Shown: positions 19,877 through 29,637, counted from the stretch's first letter. The stretch: 64,000 nucleotides of DNA from an uncultured delta proteobacterium (GCA_963816145.1 CAWFJP010000012.1:1-64000); one strand, 5' to 3'. Numbers and translations are program-made. Notes: a model not told the origin generated them from the letters alone.

Positions 19877-20503
19877 TTAGAGAACGGCGCTCTGAAGCAC
19901 CTTGCCGACCTGGATACGAAATAGTGCATTCAGGCTACCGATGCGGGTCTGAAAATAATTGTAAAAAATTACCGCGATAATCGCGACCGCTAGCCCTAGC
20001 GCGGTTGCGACCAAAGCTTCGGATATACCCGCTGCGACGACGGCAAAGCCGCCGGTACCGGCAACGGCCATACTTTCGAAGGAACGAATGATGCCGATAA
20101 CCGTGCCCAACAAGCCGATAAACGGCGCGCTGCTAGCGACGGTGCCGAGAATCCAAAGGTGTTTTTTCAGTTTCTGGGTTTCTTCGAACATCGCCTCGGT
20201 GGCGATGCTATTGGCCGCTTCGGCGTGCGAGATATTTTCGTGGCTGAGGATAGTCAAAAAAATTCTGCCGGCCGGAGAGTTTGAATTCTGCTTACAAATC
20301 GCCACGGCGAGATCGCGCTGACCTTTCTTGAGCGGCTCTTGCAGGGAATCGGCGATCCGCAGGGTCATTGCGCTCAGATTACGCAGCGACCATAGCCGCT
20401 CGAATACGATGGTGACGCTGATGATCGACAACAGGATCAGCGGATAGGTGGCGATGGCGCCTTGATGAATGATTGCTAGGAAATCGAGACCTTGCGGTTG
20501 CAT
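19877..20503 (-). CDS. exbB: MotA/TolQ/ExbB proton channel protein
   Basis: APFIGLLGTV.GII.SF and GISEALVATALGL.VAI motifs. Confidence 0.93.
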   Translation of the reverse strand: MQPQGLDFLAIIHQGAIATYPLILLSIISVTIVFERLWSLRNLSAMTLRIADSLQEPLKKGQRDLAVAICKQNSNSPAGRIFLTILSHENISHAEAANSIATEAMFEETQKLKKHLWILGTVASSAPFIGLLGTVIGIIRSFESMAVAGTGGFAVVAAGISEALVATALGLAVAIIAVIFYNYFQTRIGSLNALFRIQVGKVLQSAVL

Positions 20504-20587
20504 GGATAACCTTTCAGTTTGCTCCGACGAAGATGAACGAAAATGAAAACTAATTCAATCAACAGCCGTCTGCTTAGAACGTGAGAG

Positions 20588-21607
20588 TTAACCGCGAATG
20601 CCGACAGTCACGGTGAACTGTATGCGCAACGGTTCGTTGGCGAGGTCCTTCAAACTATCCGGAATGGGAGGAAAGGGCGAGGCCTTTTTCATGGCTTCTA
20701 TGGCGCCGGCGTTGAGCCGCGCATCGGACGATTCCAATACATCGGCTTTGATCAATCTGCCACTGCGATCGAGGGTAAAAACCACGCCAACTTTTTGTAA
20801 GCCGGAAACCCCATCGGGGAATTTCCAAACGGACTCGACGCGGCGTTTGAGTTGATTAAAATAATTATTGAAATCAGCGGCCGGGACCCCCTTCAGTCCC
20901 GTGCTGCTACCACCGCCAGTGCCGATTCCGGTGCCCCCACCGGCGATGCCAGTTCCGCTCTTAGTGCCGCCAGGTACACCGTAGGGCGCGCCGCCGGTTC
21001 CGGAACCTTTCAATGCGCCGGGGACTTGCGCGCCCTCTTTCAATGCTTTGATCCCCGCTCCGTCACCAGTGCCTTTGAGCGCAGCGAGGCTTTGCTGATT
21101 CAACGCCAAATCGGCCGTAGCACTACCAGGTAGGTTTGTCGGAGCTTCCTTGGTGGGCAGACGGACGAGTGAGTCCGGAGAGGTTTCTTTGGCATTGATG
21201 GTTTCCCGACCATCGGCAGCGATCACTTTAGGCCCGGGCAGCGGAACAACCTTAGGCTCGGGAGCAGCTTCGGTTTTGGCCGCCGGCACGGTGCTTTCGA
21301 GCGAGCCGCTGTCTAGTTTGCCGGTTTGTTGCCGGGGCGGGATTGGCAGTCCGAGCTTGGGCATCGTCTTCGGGCCGCCGGCGCCCTGACCGGAACCGAT
21401 GCTTTTGGTTTCCGAGCTACCAGTGCGCACCTCCATCAGTTGCACCGAGATTGGTGTGTCGCTGGCGGGTTTGACCACCGTCAGTGCCGCCGTGCGCAGC
21501 GCGAGCAGAAGCAATAAACCGTGAAAGATCAACGATGGCAGTAAGAACGGACTGCGGAAAAGAGACAGCAACCCGGCCTCTGCGATTGACGAAGAGTCGT
21601 AGGTCAT
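20588..21607 (-). CDS. TonB/TolA-like energy transducer
   Basis: N-terminal TM with SxxxH (SLIFH), Pro- and Gly-rich linker, TonB/TolA-type C-domain (YFNQLKRRVESVW...SSDARLNAGAIEAMKKASPFPPIP). Confidence 0.87.
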   Translation of the reverse strand: MTYDSSSIAEAGLLSLFRSPFLLPSLIFHGLLLLLALRTAALTVVKPASDTPISVQLMEVRTGSSETKSIGSGQGAGGPKTMPKLGLPIPPRQQTGKLDSGSLESTVPAAKTEAAPEPKVVPLPGPKVIAADGRETINAKETSPDSLVRLPTKEAPTNLPGSATADLALNQQSLAALKGTGDGAGIKALKEGAQVPGALKGSGTGGAPYGVPGGTKSGTGIAGGGTGIGTGGGSSTGLKGVPAADFNNYFNQLKRRVESVWKFPDGVSGLQKVGVVFTLDRSGRLIKADVLESSDARLNAGAIEAMKKASPFPPIPDSLKDLANEPLRIQFTVTVGIRG

Positions 21608-21608
21608 T

Positions 21609-22730
21609 TTAGCTGCCGGGAATCGCAGGGGGTCTGATTTCGGCGGTCGGCTGGGGCACTTGATCTTGTTTGGACAAGATCTCTAGTCCGGGAGCATTGA
21701 CATCGCGGCGCACTAGCTTGCCGTTGTCGTAGAAAGACCAAAGATCGGCGACGCCGTCGCCGTTCAAATCGCGCTCCTCTTTCACCACGATTTCGCCGTC
21801 GCGCGAAGTGTCGTAGTAGATCCACAGATCGGGACGCCCCTGGCCGGAGGAATCTTTTTCGACTTTCTCAATGCGGCCGTTCTGATAGCTTGCTCGGTAG
21901 GTCATGCGGCCTTGGCCGTTTTCATCCCGTTCTTCCCGGACGATCGTGTCCTTCTCGTAATAATAAATAGTGTCAGGACGACCGCTGCCGCGACGATCGA
22001 CATCGCGCCGAACCAGCTGACCTTCTTGGTAATAGCTCCACGAATCGACGCGGCCATCCCCTTTGGTCGATTCTTCTTGGCGCACGATCTCGCCGGGCTT
22101 TTGCGGATTGTAGTATATCCAAATATCGGGCACGCCATCATTGTTGACATCGCGGACCTCGACATTGCGAAATGGCGGCGGTGCTGGCGGGGCGCTGGCG
22201 CGCGCGACCGTGATCGCGCCAGGGGAACTACCGGTTTGCGGAGTAGGTGTCGGTGCCGTCGGTGCGGGTTGACTCACTTGCTGCGGCAGTCGTGGCGGTT
22301 CTGAGCTGACCGGTTGGCCGGTCACTCCGGCAATTTGATTTTCCAAGGCGCGCTGACGTTCGATTTCTTGCTCGATGGCGGATTCCAGCGCCCGATCTTT
22401 GTCGGATTCCTTTTGATAGCGCGCCTGAGCTTGGGCCTTTTCCTCTGCGATCTTCGAATCGGCGGTGAACATACCGTAGACAAACCCGATAACTCCCATT
22501 CCCATACTCGCCGGCGCACCGAAAGGACCACCGAAGATGCCGCCGATAAAGGCGGCTTTCTGGGCGCTTTCGACCGCATGAGCCCAGCGTCGATCCTTGT
22601 CGATTTGGGCTTGTTGGGGGGTGAGAATCGCACCGGGGTTTTGTGCGGAACCAGGCGGAAATTGAGTTGCAGCAGGTTCGCAACCGTGGGCGACCAACGC
22701 CAAAAAAATGTATGGAGCGAGCTTTCTCAT
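21609..22730 (-). CDS. Lipoprotein with glycine-zipper-like segment, coiled coil and about 6 DxNxDGxxDxW beta-hairpin repeats
   Basis: Lipobox VAHGC; FIGGIFGGPFGAPASMGMGVIGFVYG; repeats such as DVNNDGVPDIWIYY and DLNGDGVADLWSFY. Confidence 0.82.
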   Translation of the reverse strand: MRKLAPYIFLALVAHGCEPAATQFPPGSAQNPGAILTPQQAQIDKDRRWAHAVESAQKAAFIGGIFGGPFGAPASMGMGVIGFVYGMFTADSKIAEEKAQAQARYQKESDKDRALESAIEQEIERQRALENQIAGVTGQPVSSEPPRLPQQVSQPAPTAPTPTPQTGSSPGAITVARASAPPAPPPFRNVEVRDVNNDGVPDIWIYYNPQKPGEIVRQEESTKGDGRVDSWSYYQEGQLVRRDVDRRGSGRPDTIYYYEKDTIVREERDENGQGRMTYRASYQNGRIEKVEKDSSGQGRPDLWIYYDTSRDGEIVVKEERDLNGDGVADLWSFYDNGKLVRRDVNAPGLEILSKQDQVPQPTAEIRPPAIPGS

Positions 22731-22805
22731 GACAACCCATTAACCTGCGCAATCCTACTTGATTTCACGACCCCTGGGCAACCCGGCTATCCATTCCGTG
22801 ATAGC

Positions 22806-23963
22806 CTACTCCGGTGGCCGGGCGATAGCCATAACCTGGTACTGTTCCGCCACGCTACCGAACGCCGGTGACGCCCTCGGTGGCTCGCCGTCGGTTACCG
22901 TTTCCTGACCGACGAGTTGCCCGCCCTTCAAGACATAGCGGGCAGTAATCTTACCCTGGCCGTTTTGATCTTCAAGCTGTTCGACACGCTCGCCGTTGAC
23001 AAAATTCACCCAGACATCGACGCGCCGGTCGCCGTTGGTGTCGGCTTCTTGAGCGCGAATTTGACCCTTTTCGTATAGTATCCTCAGATCGAAAAAGCCA
23101 TCGCCGTCGGTATCACGCTCTTCGCGCGTCAATTCATCGTTTTCAAAATAGTAAACAATGTCCCATTTGCCGGTTGCCTTGGTGTCGCGTAGCCGTTTGA
23201 CAATTTTTCCCTGGGAGAAAGACTCGATCATATCCATGCGGCCGCGTTTGCCGGTGTCTTCCTCGCGGCGCGAGATCTGTTCGCCGTCAAAAAGAATGAT
23301 CCGGCTGACTTTGCCATCGCCGCGCAAATCCTCCTCTTGCCTGATCAAGCGGCCGGCTTGATAATAGCCCCAAAGATCGATCTTGCCGTTGAATTTACGA
23401 TCCATCTCCTTGCGCACGAGCTGGCCATTTTCATAAAACGAAAAACTATCCGGCTTGCCGTCGTCGTTGGTGTCTTCATCGACCCGGCTGATCTGACCGT
23501 CGCTCAGATGCACTGTGCGGTTAGACTTGCCACTCAATTTAGTATCTTCCTCACTGCGCACCGGCTGGCCGTTCTGATAATAAACCCAAACCGTGGGACG
23601 ACCTGAGCGGTTGGGATCTTGGCCGCGCCGCTCGATTTCACCGTTAGCGTTAAAGAAAAACCAGGTGTCGATAAGGCCATCGTTCTTACTGGCGACCTCT
23701 TGGCGCACCGGTCGGCCCCCTTCATAGAAAGCGATGGTGTCGGCCTTGCCGTCGAAGTTAAGGTCCTGCTCTACCCTTTCGACTTGGCCCTGCTTGTTAT
23801 AAAAGGTCCAACGATCCATTTTACCGTCACCGTTGGTGTCCTGTTCCTGGCGGGCGACGTTGCCGCGCTCGTCATAAAAAAAACTGGCGATAGGGTATTG
23901 GCCGTAGGCTGGCGAGGATGATTGCAGTAACAAAACTACGATCAAGAACAATTTGGCGGTCAT
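22806..23963 (-). CDS. Exported protein made of about 13 tandem ~24-aa repeats (G-x-+-x-R-x-E-x-D-x-N-x-D-G-K-x-D-x-W-x-x-Y)
   Basis: Signal peptide followed by repeats such as GNVARQEQDTNGDGKMDRWTFY and GQISRVDEDTNDDGKPDSFSFY. Confidence 0.85.
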   Translation of the reverse strand: MTAKLFLIVVLLLQSSSPAYGQYPIASFFYDERGNVARQEQDTNGDGKMDRWTFYNKQGQVERVEQDLNFDGKADTIAFYEGGRPVRQEVASKNDGLIDTWFFFNANGEIERRGQDPNRSGRPTVWVYYQNGQPVRSEEDTKLSGKSNRTVHLSDGQISRVDEDTNDDGKPDSFSFYENGQLVRKEMDRKFNGKIDLWGYYQAGRLIRQEEDLRGDGKVSRIILFDGEQISRREEDTGKRGRMDMIESFSQGKIVKRLRDTKATGKWDIVYYFENDELTREERDTDGDGFFDLRILYEKGQIRAQEADTNGDRRVDVWVNFVNGERVEQLEDQNGQGKITARYVLKGGQLVGQETVTDGEPPRASPAFGSVAEQYQVMAIARPPE

Positions 23964-24011
23964 GTCGAATTACCGCATCATGGGTAACTAACAATCTGTG
24001 AAGCGAAGGTC

Positions 24012-24040
24012 AGGCTACGCCAGGGGTTTAGCGATGTCAA
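24012..24040 (-). promoter_or_regulatory. Putative sigma70 promoter of the repeat-protein/Ton operon
   Basis: Minus strand TTGACA (24040-24035), 17-bp spacer, TAGCCT (24017-24012), about 50 bp upstream of the 23963 start. Confidence 0.55.
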
Positions 24041-24201
24041 TTGAAGCATCAAGCTTCGCACAGGTGAATCAGTACGTTTTCGATCGAGCGAAATCTTGGA
24101 ACTGAGGTATCGCATTCCATGGCCCTTTATCTTGATAATCTGGCAACGTCAGGTAAATTCAACCCAAGCAAATTCAACGTCGAAAGCTCCGCAGTTTTCC
24201 G

Positions 24202-25950
24202 GTGCCGCCTGCTTCAACCACCAAATCTGATACGGACCACGACTCCACTCGGCAAAGTCCGGCGGATCGCTGGTTCCCATGGGCATTGTTCGCCTTTGTC
24301 TTGTTGATGCTGTTTTATCGACTCGGCGGCCCCGCCCTGTTCGAACCGGACGAAGGTAGGAATGCCGAGAAGGCGCGTGAGATTCTGCTGTTGAACGACT
24401 GGATCACGCCCCACGAGAACTTCCATCCGGTACTCGATAAGCCGATATTTTTTTATGGGTTGATCGCGCTCTCGTATAAACTCTTCGGCGTCTCCGAATG
24501 GGCGGCCCGATTGCCATCGACGCTGGCCGCCTTCGGCTGTCTCCTCGTAGTCTACTTTTTTGTGCGCCGCTGGTGGGGTGAGTGGGAAGCTCGTTGGAGC
24601 GTGCTGACTCTAGTCACCAGCACGGGATTTTTTATCTTTTCGCGCATTGTGATTTTCGACATGACTTTAACCGCTTGCATAACCCTGGCCTTATTGGCCT
24701 TTTACCAAGCTACCCAGGAATCCGAGTCGACCGCAGGCTGGGGTACCTGCGCGATTTTATACATCGCCCTCGCTGTCGCAACGCTCACTAAAGGTCTCGT
24801 CGGTCTGGTGGTACCGGGGATGATTTTTTTCTTCTATTTACTGCTTAGCAAGAGCTGGCGAGTTCTGGGAAGGATTCGCTTGCTACCCGGGGCGGTGTTG
24901 TTCCTTTTGATCGTCACGCCTTGGTACGTCTTGGCCGAAATGCACAATCCCGGCTATCTTCGCTACTACCTTTGGGAAGAGCATTTTGGCCGCTTTGCCA
25001 CGATGAAATTTGACCGTTTTAGCCCCTGGTACTTCTATCTCTATGTCGTGCCGCTCGGTTTGCTGCCTTGGACCTTTTTGCTGCCGGTTATGGTACAGAA
25101 TTATTGGCGACGCAGGCTCGACGATAGAACGCTCTGGTTGATCTTGTGGGCGGTTTTGCCGATCTTGTTTTTCTCGTTTTCCAAGGCCAAATTGCCGCAT
25201 TACATTTTGCCGAGCTTCCCGGCACTAGCGATCTTGATCGGTGTCGCGCTGTCGCGCGCATTGAGCGAATCTCAAGATCTTTGCCGCTTCGGCTTCACCG
25301 CGGGTTGGGTGACCTTGAGTTCGCTGTTCTTTTATTCGATCGCCGGAGTGATGCGTCCGGAGATATTGCCCGAGATTGCCCGCGGCCGCTTCGCTAGCAT
25401 CACGATTTTATTGTGGACCAGTGCGGTGATTTCGCTCGGGCTAGTTTATCTCACCGGCAAACGAGCTCGCTGGGCGAAGCTCAACCCGAGGTACGTTTTT
25501 TTCAGCCAGGGTGTCGGCTTGTTGTTCTTTGTGGTTACGCTCGCCGAAATGATGGTGCTGATAGCGCCGGCGAGATCGGCGAAAGCAATTGCCGGGAAGG
25601 CTTTACCCTTGCTGTCGCCAACAACGCAAATGGTCTCCTATGACACCTATGCCGAAGGATTGCCATTTTACCTGAAAACCGAGAAACCGTTCTGGGTGGT
25701 AACCCACAGCAACAAGAAGCGCACATTTTTGGGCAATTTTTACGCGATTACGGGGCAACCCGAACCAATCAGCCGCTGGGGCAAAGCTTTGTTTAGTTTT
25801 GAAGAGTTTCGCGAGATTTGGCAAAACTCCGACACGCCAATGGTGATTCTAGTAAAAGAAAAAAATCTGCGCGGATTGGAACAGCTCGTGGGCGCGGTTC
25901 CTAAAACAGTCGCGGCGGACGACGAGTATTTGCTGGTTACACGTCCCTAG
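24202..25950 (+). CDS. ArnT/PMT-like (GT-C) undecaprenyl-phosphate-sugar transferase
   Basis: LFEPDEGRNAE.AREI, DKP, EWAARLPS, TKGLVGLV.PG, PWY, SKAKLPHYILP motifs; many TM helices. Confidence 0.9.
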   Translation: MPPASTTKSDTDHDSTRQSPADRWFPWALFAFVLLMLFYRLGGPALFEPDEGRNAEKAREILLLNDWITPHENFHPVLDKPIFFYGLIALSYKLFGVSEWAARLPSTLAAFGCLLVVYFFVRRWWGEWEARWSVLTLVTSTGFFIFSRIVIFDMTLTACITLALLAFYQATQESESTAGWGTCAILYIALAVATLTKGLVGLVVPGMIFFFYLLLSKSWRVLGRIRLLPGAVLFLLIVTPWYVLAEMHNPGYLRYYLWEEHFGRFATMKFDRFSPWYFYLYVVPLGLLPWTFLLPVMVQNYWRRRLDDRTLWLILWAVLPILFFSFSKAKLPHYILPSFPALAILIGVALSRALSESQDLCRFGFTAGWVTLSSLFFYSIAGVMRPEILPEIARGRFASITILLWTSAVISLGLVYLTGKRARWAKLNPRYVFFSQGVGLLFFVVTLAEMMVLIAPARSAKAIAGKALPLLSPTTQMVSYDTYAEGLPFYLKTEKPFWVVTHSNKKRTFLGNFYAITGQPEPISRWGKALFSFEEFREIWQNSDTPMVILVKEKNLRGLEQLVGAVPKTVAADDEYLLVTRP

Positions 25951-26043
25951 GCGGAAGCGATTAGCGAATCTGCGCTAGTTCCGCGCCGTATCATCATGCG
26001 TCACCGGCGGCGTCGCAGGTTACTGTGAAACGAAAGGATCTGC

Positions 26044-26868
26044 ATGAATAGTTTCGTCATCGCCGCGGTGTTGGGGATCGTCGAGGGACTTACCGAGTTT
26101 TTACCCGTGTCCTCTACCGGCCATCTAATTATCGCCGGTCATCTGCTTGGTTTCGTCGGTGACAAGGCCGACAGTTTTGAAGTGGCGATTCAGTTGGGTG
26201 CGATCCTATCAGTGGTTTGGCTATATTGGCGCAGGTTTGTTGGATTGGTGCCTGGTACGGCGCAATTCACATTAACGGCTGCGTCGAGCTTAAATGGTTG
26301 GCCGGGCCTCTGGCGCATCGCATTGGCAACGCTGCCGGCGTTAGCGGTGGGCTATGTGGCGCGCCACAGCATAAAAGCGCAACTTTTCAATCCGGAAGCG
26401 GTCACGCTGGCATTGGCCGTTGGCGGTGTCGCGATTCTGCTGGTAGAGCGGCTGGCCGAGCGCCGTCGCGCCAATGAATTGGACAGGGTGACTTTAACGC
26501 AAGCTTTGGGTGTGGGGCTATTTCAAATCCTCGCGCTATGGCCCGGCACTTCGCGGGCGGCGGCAACGATTGTGGGCGGCATGATTCTCGGACTCGATCG
26601 CAAGGCGGCAGCGGAGTTCTCATTTCTGATCGCCGTCCCGGTGTTGTTCGCGGCATCCGGTTATGAGTTGCTTAAGCTGCGCGATCAATTTGTCGCCGAC
26701 GATGGGATCGGTCTCGTCATCGGGTTCGTGGTTTCCTTCCTGGTGGCCTTGCTGGCGATTAAAGGCTTTGTCAGCTTTTTGAGCCGTGGCAAGTTGGCGC
26801 CGTTTGCCTGGTACCGCATCGTCGTTGCGCCGATATTCTATTTTCTCACCCGCGGTTCGAGTCTGTGA
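26044..26868 (+). CDS. uppP: Undecaprenyl-diphosphatase (BacA)
   Basis: GIVEGLTEFLPVSSTGHL, IQLGAIL, PGTSR, AAEFSFL. Confidence 0.96.
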   Translation: MNSFVIAAVLGIVEGLTEFLPVSSTGHLIIAGHLLGFVGDKADSFEVAIQLGAILSVVWLYWRRFVGLVPGTAQFTLTAASSLNGWPGLWRIALATLPALAVGYVARHSIKAQLFNPEAVTLALAVGGVAILLVERLAERRRANELDRVTLTQALGVGLFQILALWPGTSRAAATIVGGMILGLDRKAAAEFSFLIAVPVLFAASGYELLKLRDQFVADDGIGLVIGFVVSFLVALLAIKGFVSFLSRGKLAPFAWYRIVVAPIFYFLTRGSSL

Positions 26869-26919
26869 GACCATTTCACATTTCCCGTCAGAGCTCCTAG
26901 AGCAGATAGCCAGCTAGCT

Positions 26920-27681
26920 CTAGTCATGATCGTGACGATGTTTGATCCAATCGAAGATCTGATTGCGATAGATATAGCCGCTCACGAGACCCGCCAGGGT
27001 GACGGCCATGAAAATAGCGAAGGTGTGATACTGCTGATTTCTGATGGTCGCGCCCTGCATGGTGAGAAGATAAGTTCCAGGGATACGGCCGATAACCGAA
27101 ACCAGGAGAAAGGTGGTTACGCTCATGCGGCTCAAACCGAGCACGTAGCAAAGATAATCTTTCGGAAAACCGGGAAACAGAAACAGCACGAAGCAGATAA
27201 CCACGCCGGTTTTAGTCGTGAGGAAATTAAATTTCGCTAAGACGTCGCGCTTGATAAAGCGTTCAACGAATGGCCGGCCAAGTATATTTGCAAGCTCAAA
27301 AGCCACCCAGGAGCCGATCGACAGGCCAATGGTGGATAGGATGAAGCCAATGGTCTCGCCGTAGACAAAGCCGCCGGCAACGCCGGTAAGCTCCCCGGGA
27401 AAGGGGGCGGCGATCACTTGAAGAATCTGCAAAAGCACGAACACCGCCGGCGAGTAGGGGCCCAAGGTTTGGAGAAATTTGCCAAGTTTATCGCTGCTGG
27501 AATAGATACCCTCGAAATCGTCGAGTTCGGCGCCCGGCGGCGCGAAGGCGCTGAACGGCCGCGGAATGTAGCGGCTGAAAAAAAACAGCAGCAATATGAG
27601 ACCGACGAAGATGGCTCCGCGTATGGCGAGCCGGCGGCGCTGATCGCTCATCCGGCGCTTTATAGCAACTATTAATTCCAA
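26920..27681 (-). CDS. TVP38/TMEM64 (DedA/VTT superfamily) membrane protein
   Basis: LQILQVIAAPFPGE..G.AGGF.YG, LFPGFPKDYLCY.LGL, GRIPG motifs. Confidence 0.88.
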   Translation of the reverse strand: MELIVAIKRRMSDQRRRLAIRGAIFVGLILLLFFFSRYIPRPFSAFAPPGAELDDFEGIYSSSDKLGKFLQTLGPYSPAVFVLLQILQVIAAPFPGELTGVAGGFVYGETIGFILSTIGLSIGSWVAFELANILGRPFVERFIKRDVLAKFNFLTTKTGVVICFVLFLFPGFPKDYLCYVLGLSRMSVTTFLLVSVIGRIPGTYLLTMQGATIRNQQYHTFAIFMAVTLAGLVSGYIYRNQIFDWIKHRHDHD

Positions 27682-27765
27682 AGACGAGAGCCGGATGGCG
27701 ACTTACCTGTCGCTATCGGGACAATTTGTCTTGCTTGGTCGGGCCAGGGTTGCTACAAAACAGAG

Positions 27766-29325
27766 TTGGACTATCGATATTTACCCTTCATGTTTGCCGA
27801 TTTGAAATGCGGTGCTCTAACTGAACTGGAATCTGGTCGCAGTTGGAGCAGCCAAGTGATCGCCGAGCAAGTGGCCGGCCGCACCGCCCACTTGCGCAGC
27901 TTTGGATTACAGCGCGGCGATCGCCTGTTCATTCTTTACGGCAATAATCTCGAATTCTTCGTCAACCTTCTGGCCGCGTGGAATGCCGGCGCGAGCGTGG
28001 TGCCGGCGGACAGCCGGTTGACACCGTTCGAACTGAAAAACTTAGCGCGAACGGTCAATCCTAAAATCGCTTTGATCGATCCGACGGTCCCGCCGGCACT
28101 AGGAGACGCACTTGCATCGCTGGGAGTCAAACTTCTCACTTCCGGTGAATCAACTATCGACAAGATCTCGTCTGTCCGAGCCGGCAGTTTGGCTTGCGCC
28201 GCGCGGCTCGACGATGAGGCGTTGATCTTGTTTACCTCTGGCACCACCGGAGTGCCCAAAGGCGTGATTCATACACATCGGTCGCTGCGCGCGCGCTGGT
28301 TCAGTTTGCGCCAGAGCCTCGGTATCGAGTGCTATCGTCGCACGCTTTGTCTATTGCCGACTCATTTCGGTCACGGTTTGATCTGTAACAGCCTCTTCCC
28401 CTGGCTTTTCGGCCAAGATCTCATCATTGCCCCGCCATTCAGTCCTTATTTATTACTGCGTCTCGGATCGATCATCGATGAGTGGAACATTACTTTTTTA
28501 TCCTCCGTGCCGTCGATGTGGGGTTTAAGCTTGAAAGGCAGTAGGCCTCCCCAGGGTAAAACCTTGCGACGCATTCACTGCGGTTCGGCGCCGTTGTCGG
28601 CGCACTTGTGGCGCCAAATTCAACAGTGGTCGGGAATCGCCGATGTCTATAACGCCTACGGTATCACCGAAACCGGCAGTTGGGTGGCTGGCACGAGCGT
28701 TGAAAACTTCGAACCAGAGGATGGGCTCGTCGGCGTGCCTTGGGGCGCTGCGATCAAGATTCTCCCGAGCGCCGAACCGCAGACGCCATTTGCCGATGGC
28801 GCCGAGTGCAAAGCCGACGAAACCGGCTACGTTTGGATCAACACGCCGGCGCTGATGCAAGGCTATTACGGTCAGCCCGACCTCACCGATCAGGTGATTT
28901 CCGGCGGCTGGTTCGTTACGGGTGACATGGGGCTAGTCGATGAGCGGGGCAGATTTTATCTAAAAGGGCGCGAGCGCGATGAAATCAACAAAGGCGGCGC
29001 CAAAGTCTATCCAGCTGACGTCGACGCGGTAGTCGAACGATTCGAGCAGGCCACTGCGGTATGTACCTTTGCCATCGCTGACCCCGCCTACGGTCAAAAC
29101 GTGGCGATGGCGGTGGTGCTGAGCCAGCATGATGACGCGACTCTCCGTCAGCTTCATGCATGGCTCAGAGAACATCTAGCAGAATTCAAAATACCCCAGC
29201 GCTGGTATGTCGTCGGGGAGCTGCCAAAAAATTCGCGGGGAAAGGTGAGTCGCGACACGGTGCAGGAGCTTTGTGCGGCCTTAAAGCCAGTAGATTTGGT
29301 TGGATTGTTGCGGCGCGGAACATAG
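27766..29325 (+). CDS. Class I adenylate-forming enzyme (acyl/aminoacyl-AMP ligase)
   Basis: ILFTSGTTGVPKGV, YGITETG, GWFVTGDMG, KGR...INKGG.KVYP, PKNSRGKV. Alternative ATG start at 27790. Confidence 0.92.
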   Translation: MDYRYLPFMFADLKCGALTELESGRSWSSQVIAEQVAGRTAHLRSFGLQRGDRLFILYGNNLEFFVNLLAAWNAGASVVPADSRLTPFELKNLARTVNPKIALIDPTVPPALGDALASLGVKLLTSGESTIDKISSVRAGSLACAARLDDEALILFTSGTTGVPKGVIHTHRSLRARWFSLRQSLGIECYRRTLCLLPTHFGHGLICNSLFPWLFGQDLIIAPPFSPYLLLRLGSIIDEWNITFLSSVPSMWGLSLKGSRPPQGKTLRRIHCGSAPLSAHLWRQIQQWSGIADVYNAYGITETGSWVAGTSVENFEPEDGLVGVPWGAAIKILPSAEPQTPFADGAECKADETGYVWINTPALMQGYYGQPDLTDQVISGGWFVTGDMGLVDERGRFYLKGRERDEINKGGAKVYPADVDAVVERFEQATAVCTFAIADPAYGQNVAMAVVLSQHDDATLRQLHAWLREHLAEFKIPQRWYVVGELPKNSRGKVSRDTVQELCAALKPVDLVGLLRRGT

Positions 29326-29376
29326 GGGTCAAATGGCGACGATAAATTAAAAAAAATCAATCGTTGGAAGTGTACA

Positions 29377-29637
29377 ATGACAGACCGGGACCGGCATAGG
29401 CTAGAGCTGATTGAATTCTTGCGGACGATTCAAAGACCAGACTATCCGCTCGCGGCCATCGACGAAGAATCGGGTTTGGTGGAGTCTGGCTTGATAGATT
29501 CGTTGGCGCTCCTGCAGATCGTTACCTATTTGGAGCAAACCTATCGCGTTGACTTTAATGAACGCGGCATCGATCCCGATGACCTGCGTTCGGTCAATTC
29601 CATCCTCGCGTTGATCGCCCGCGAATCGGCGTCATGA
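29377..29637 (+). CDS. Acyl/aminoacyl carrier protein (DltC-like)
   Basis: 86 aa, acidic, LVESGLIDSLALLQIVTYLE phosphopantetheine-Ser motif. Confidence 0.9.
   Translation: MTDRDRHRLELIEFLRTIQRPDYPLAAIDEESGLVESGLIDSLALLQIVTYLEQTYRVDFNERGIDPDDLRSVNSILALIARESAS

Noticed and set aside
22806-23963. RHS/YD-repeat polymorphic toxin
   Set aside because: Too short, no PxxxxDPxG core end, and no toxin tip or immunity gene; the repeats carry a DxNxDG loop instead.
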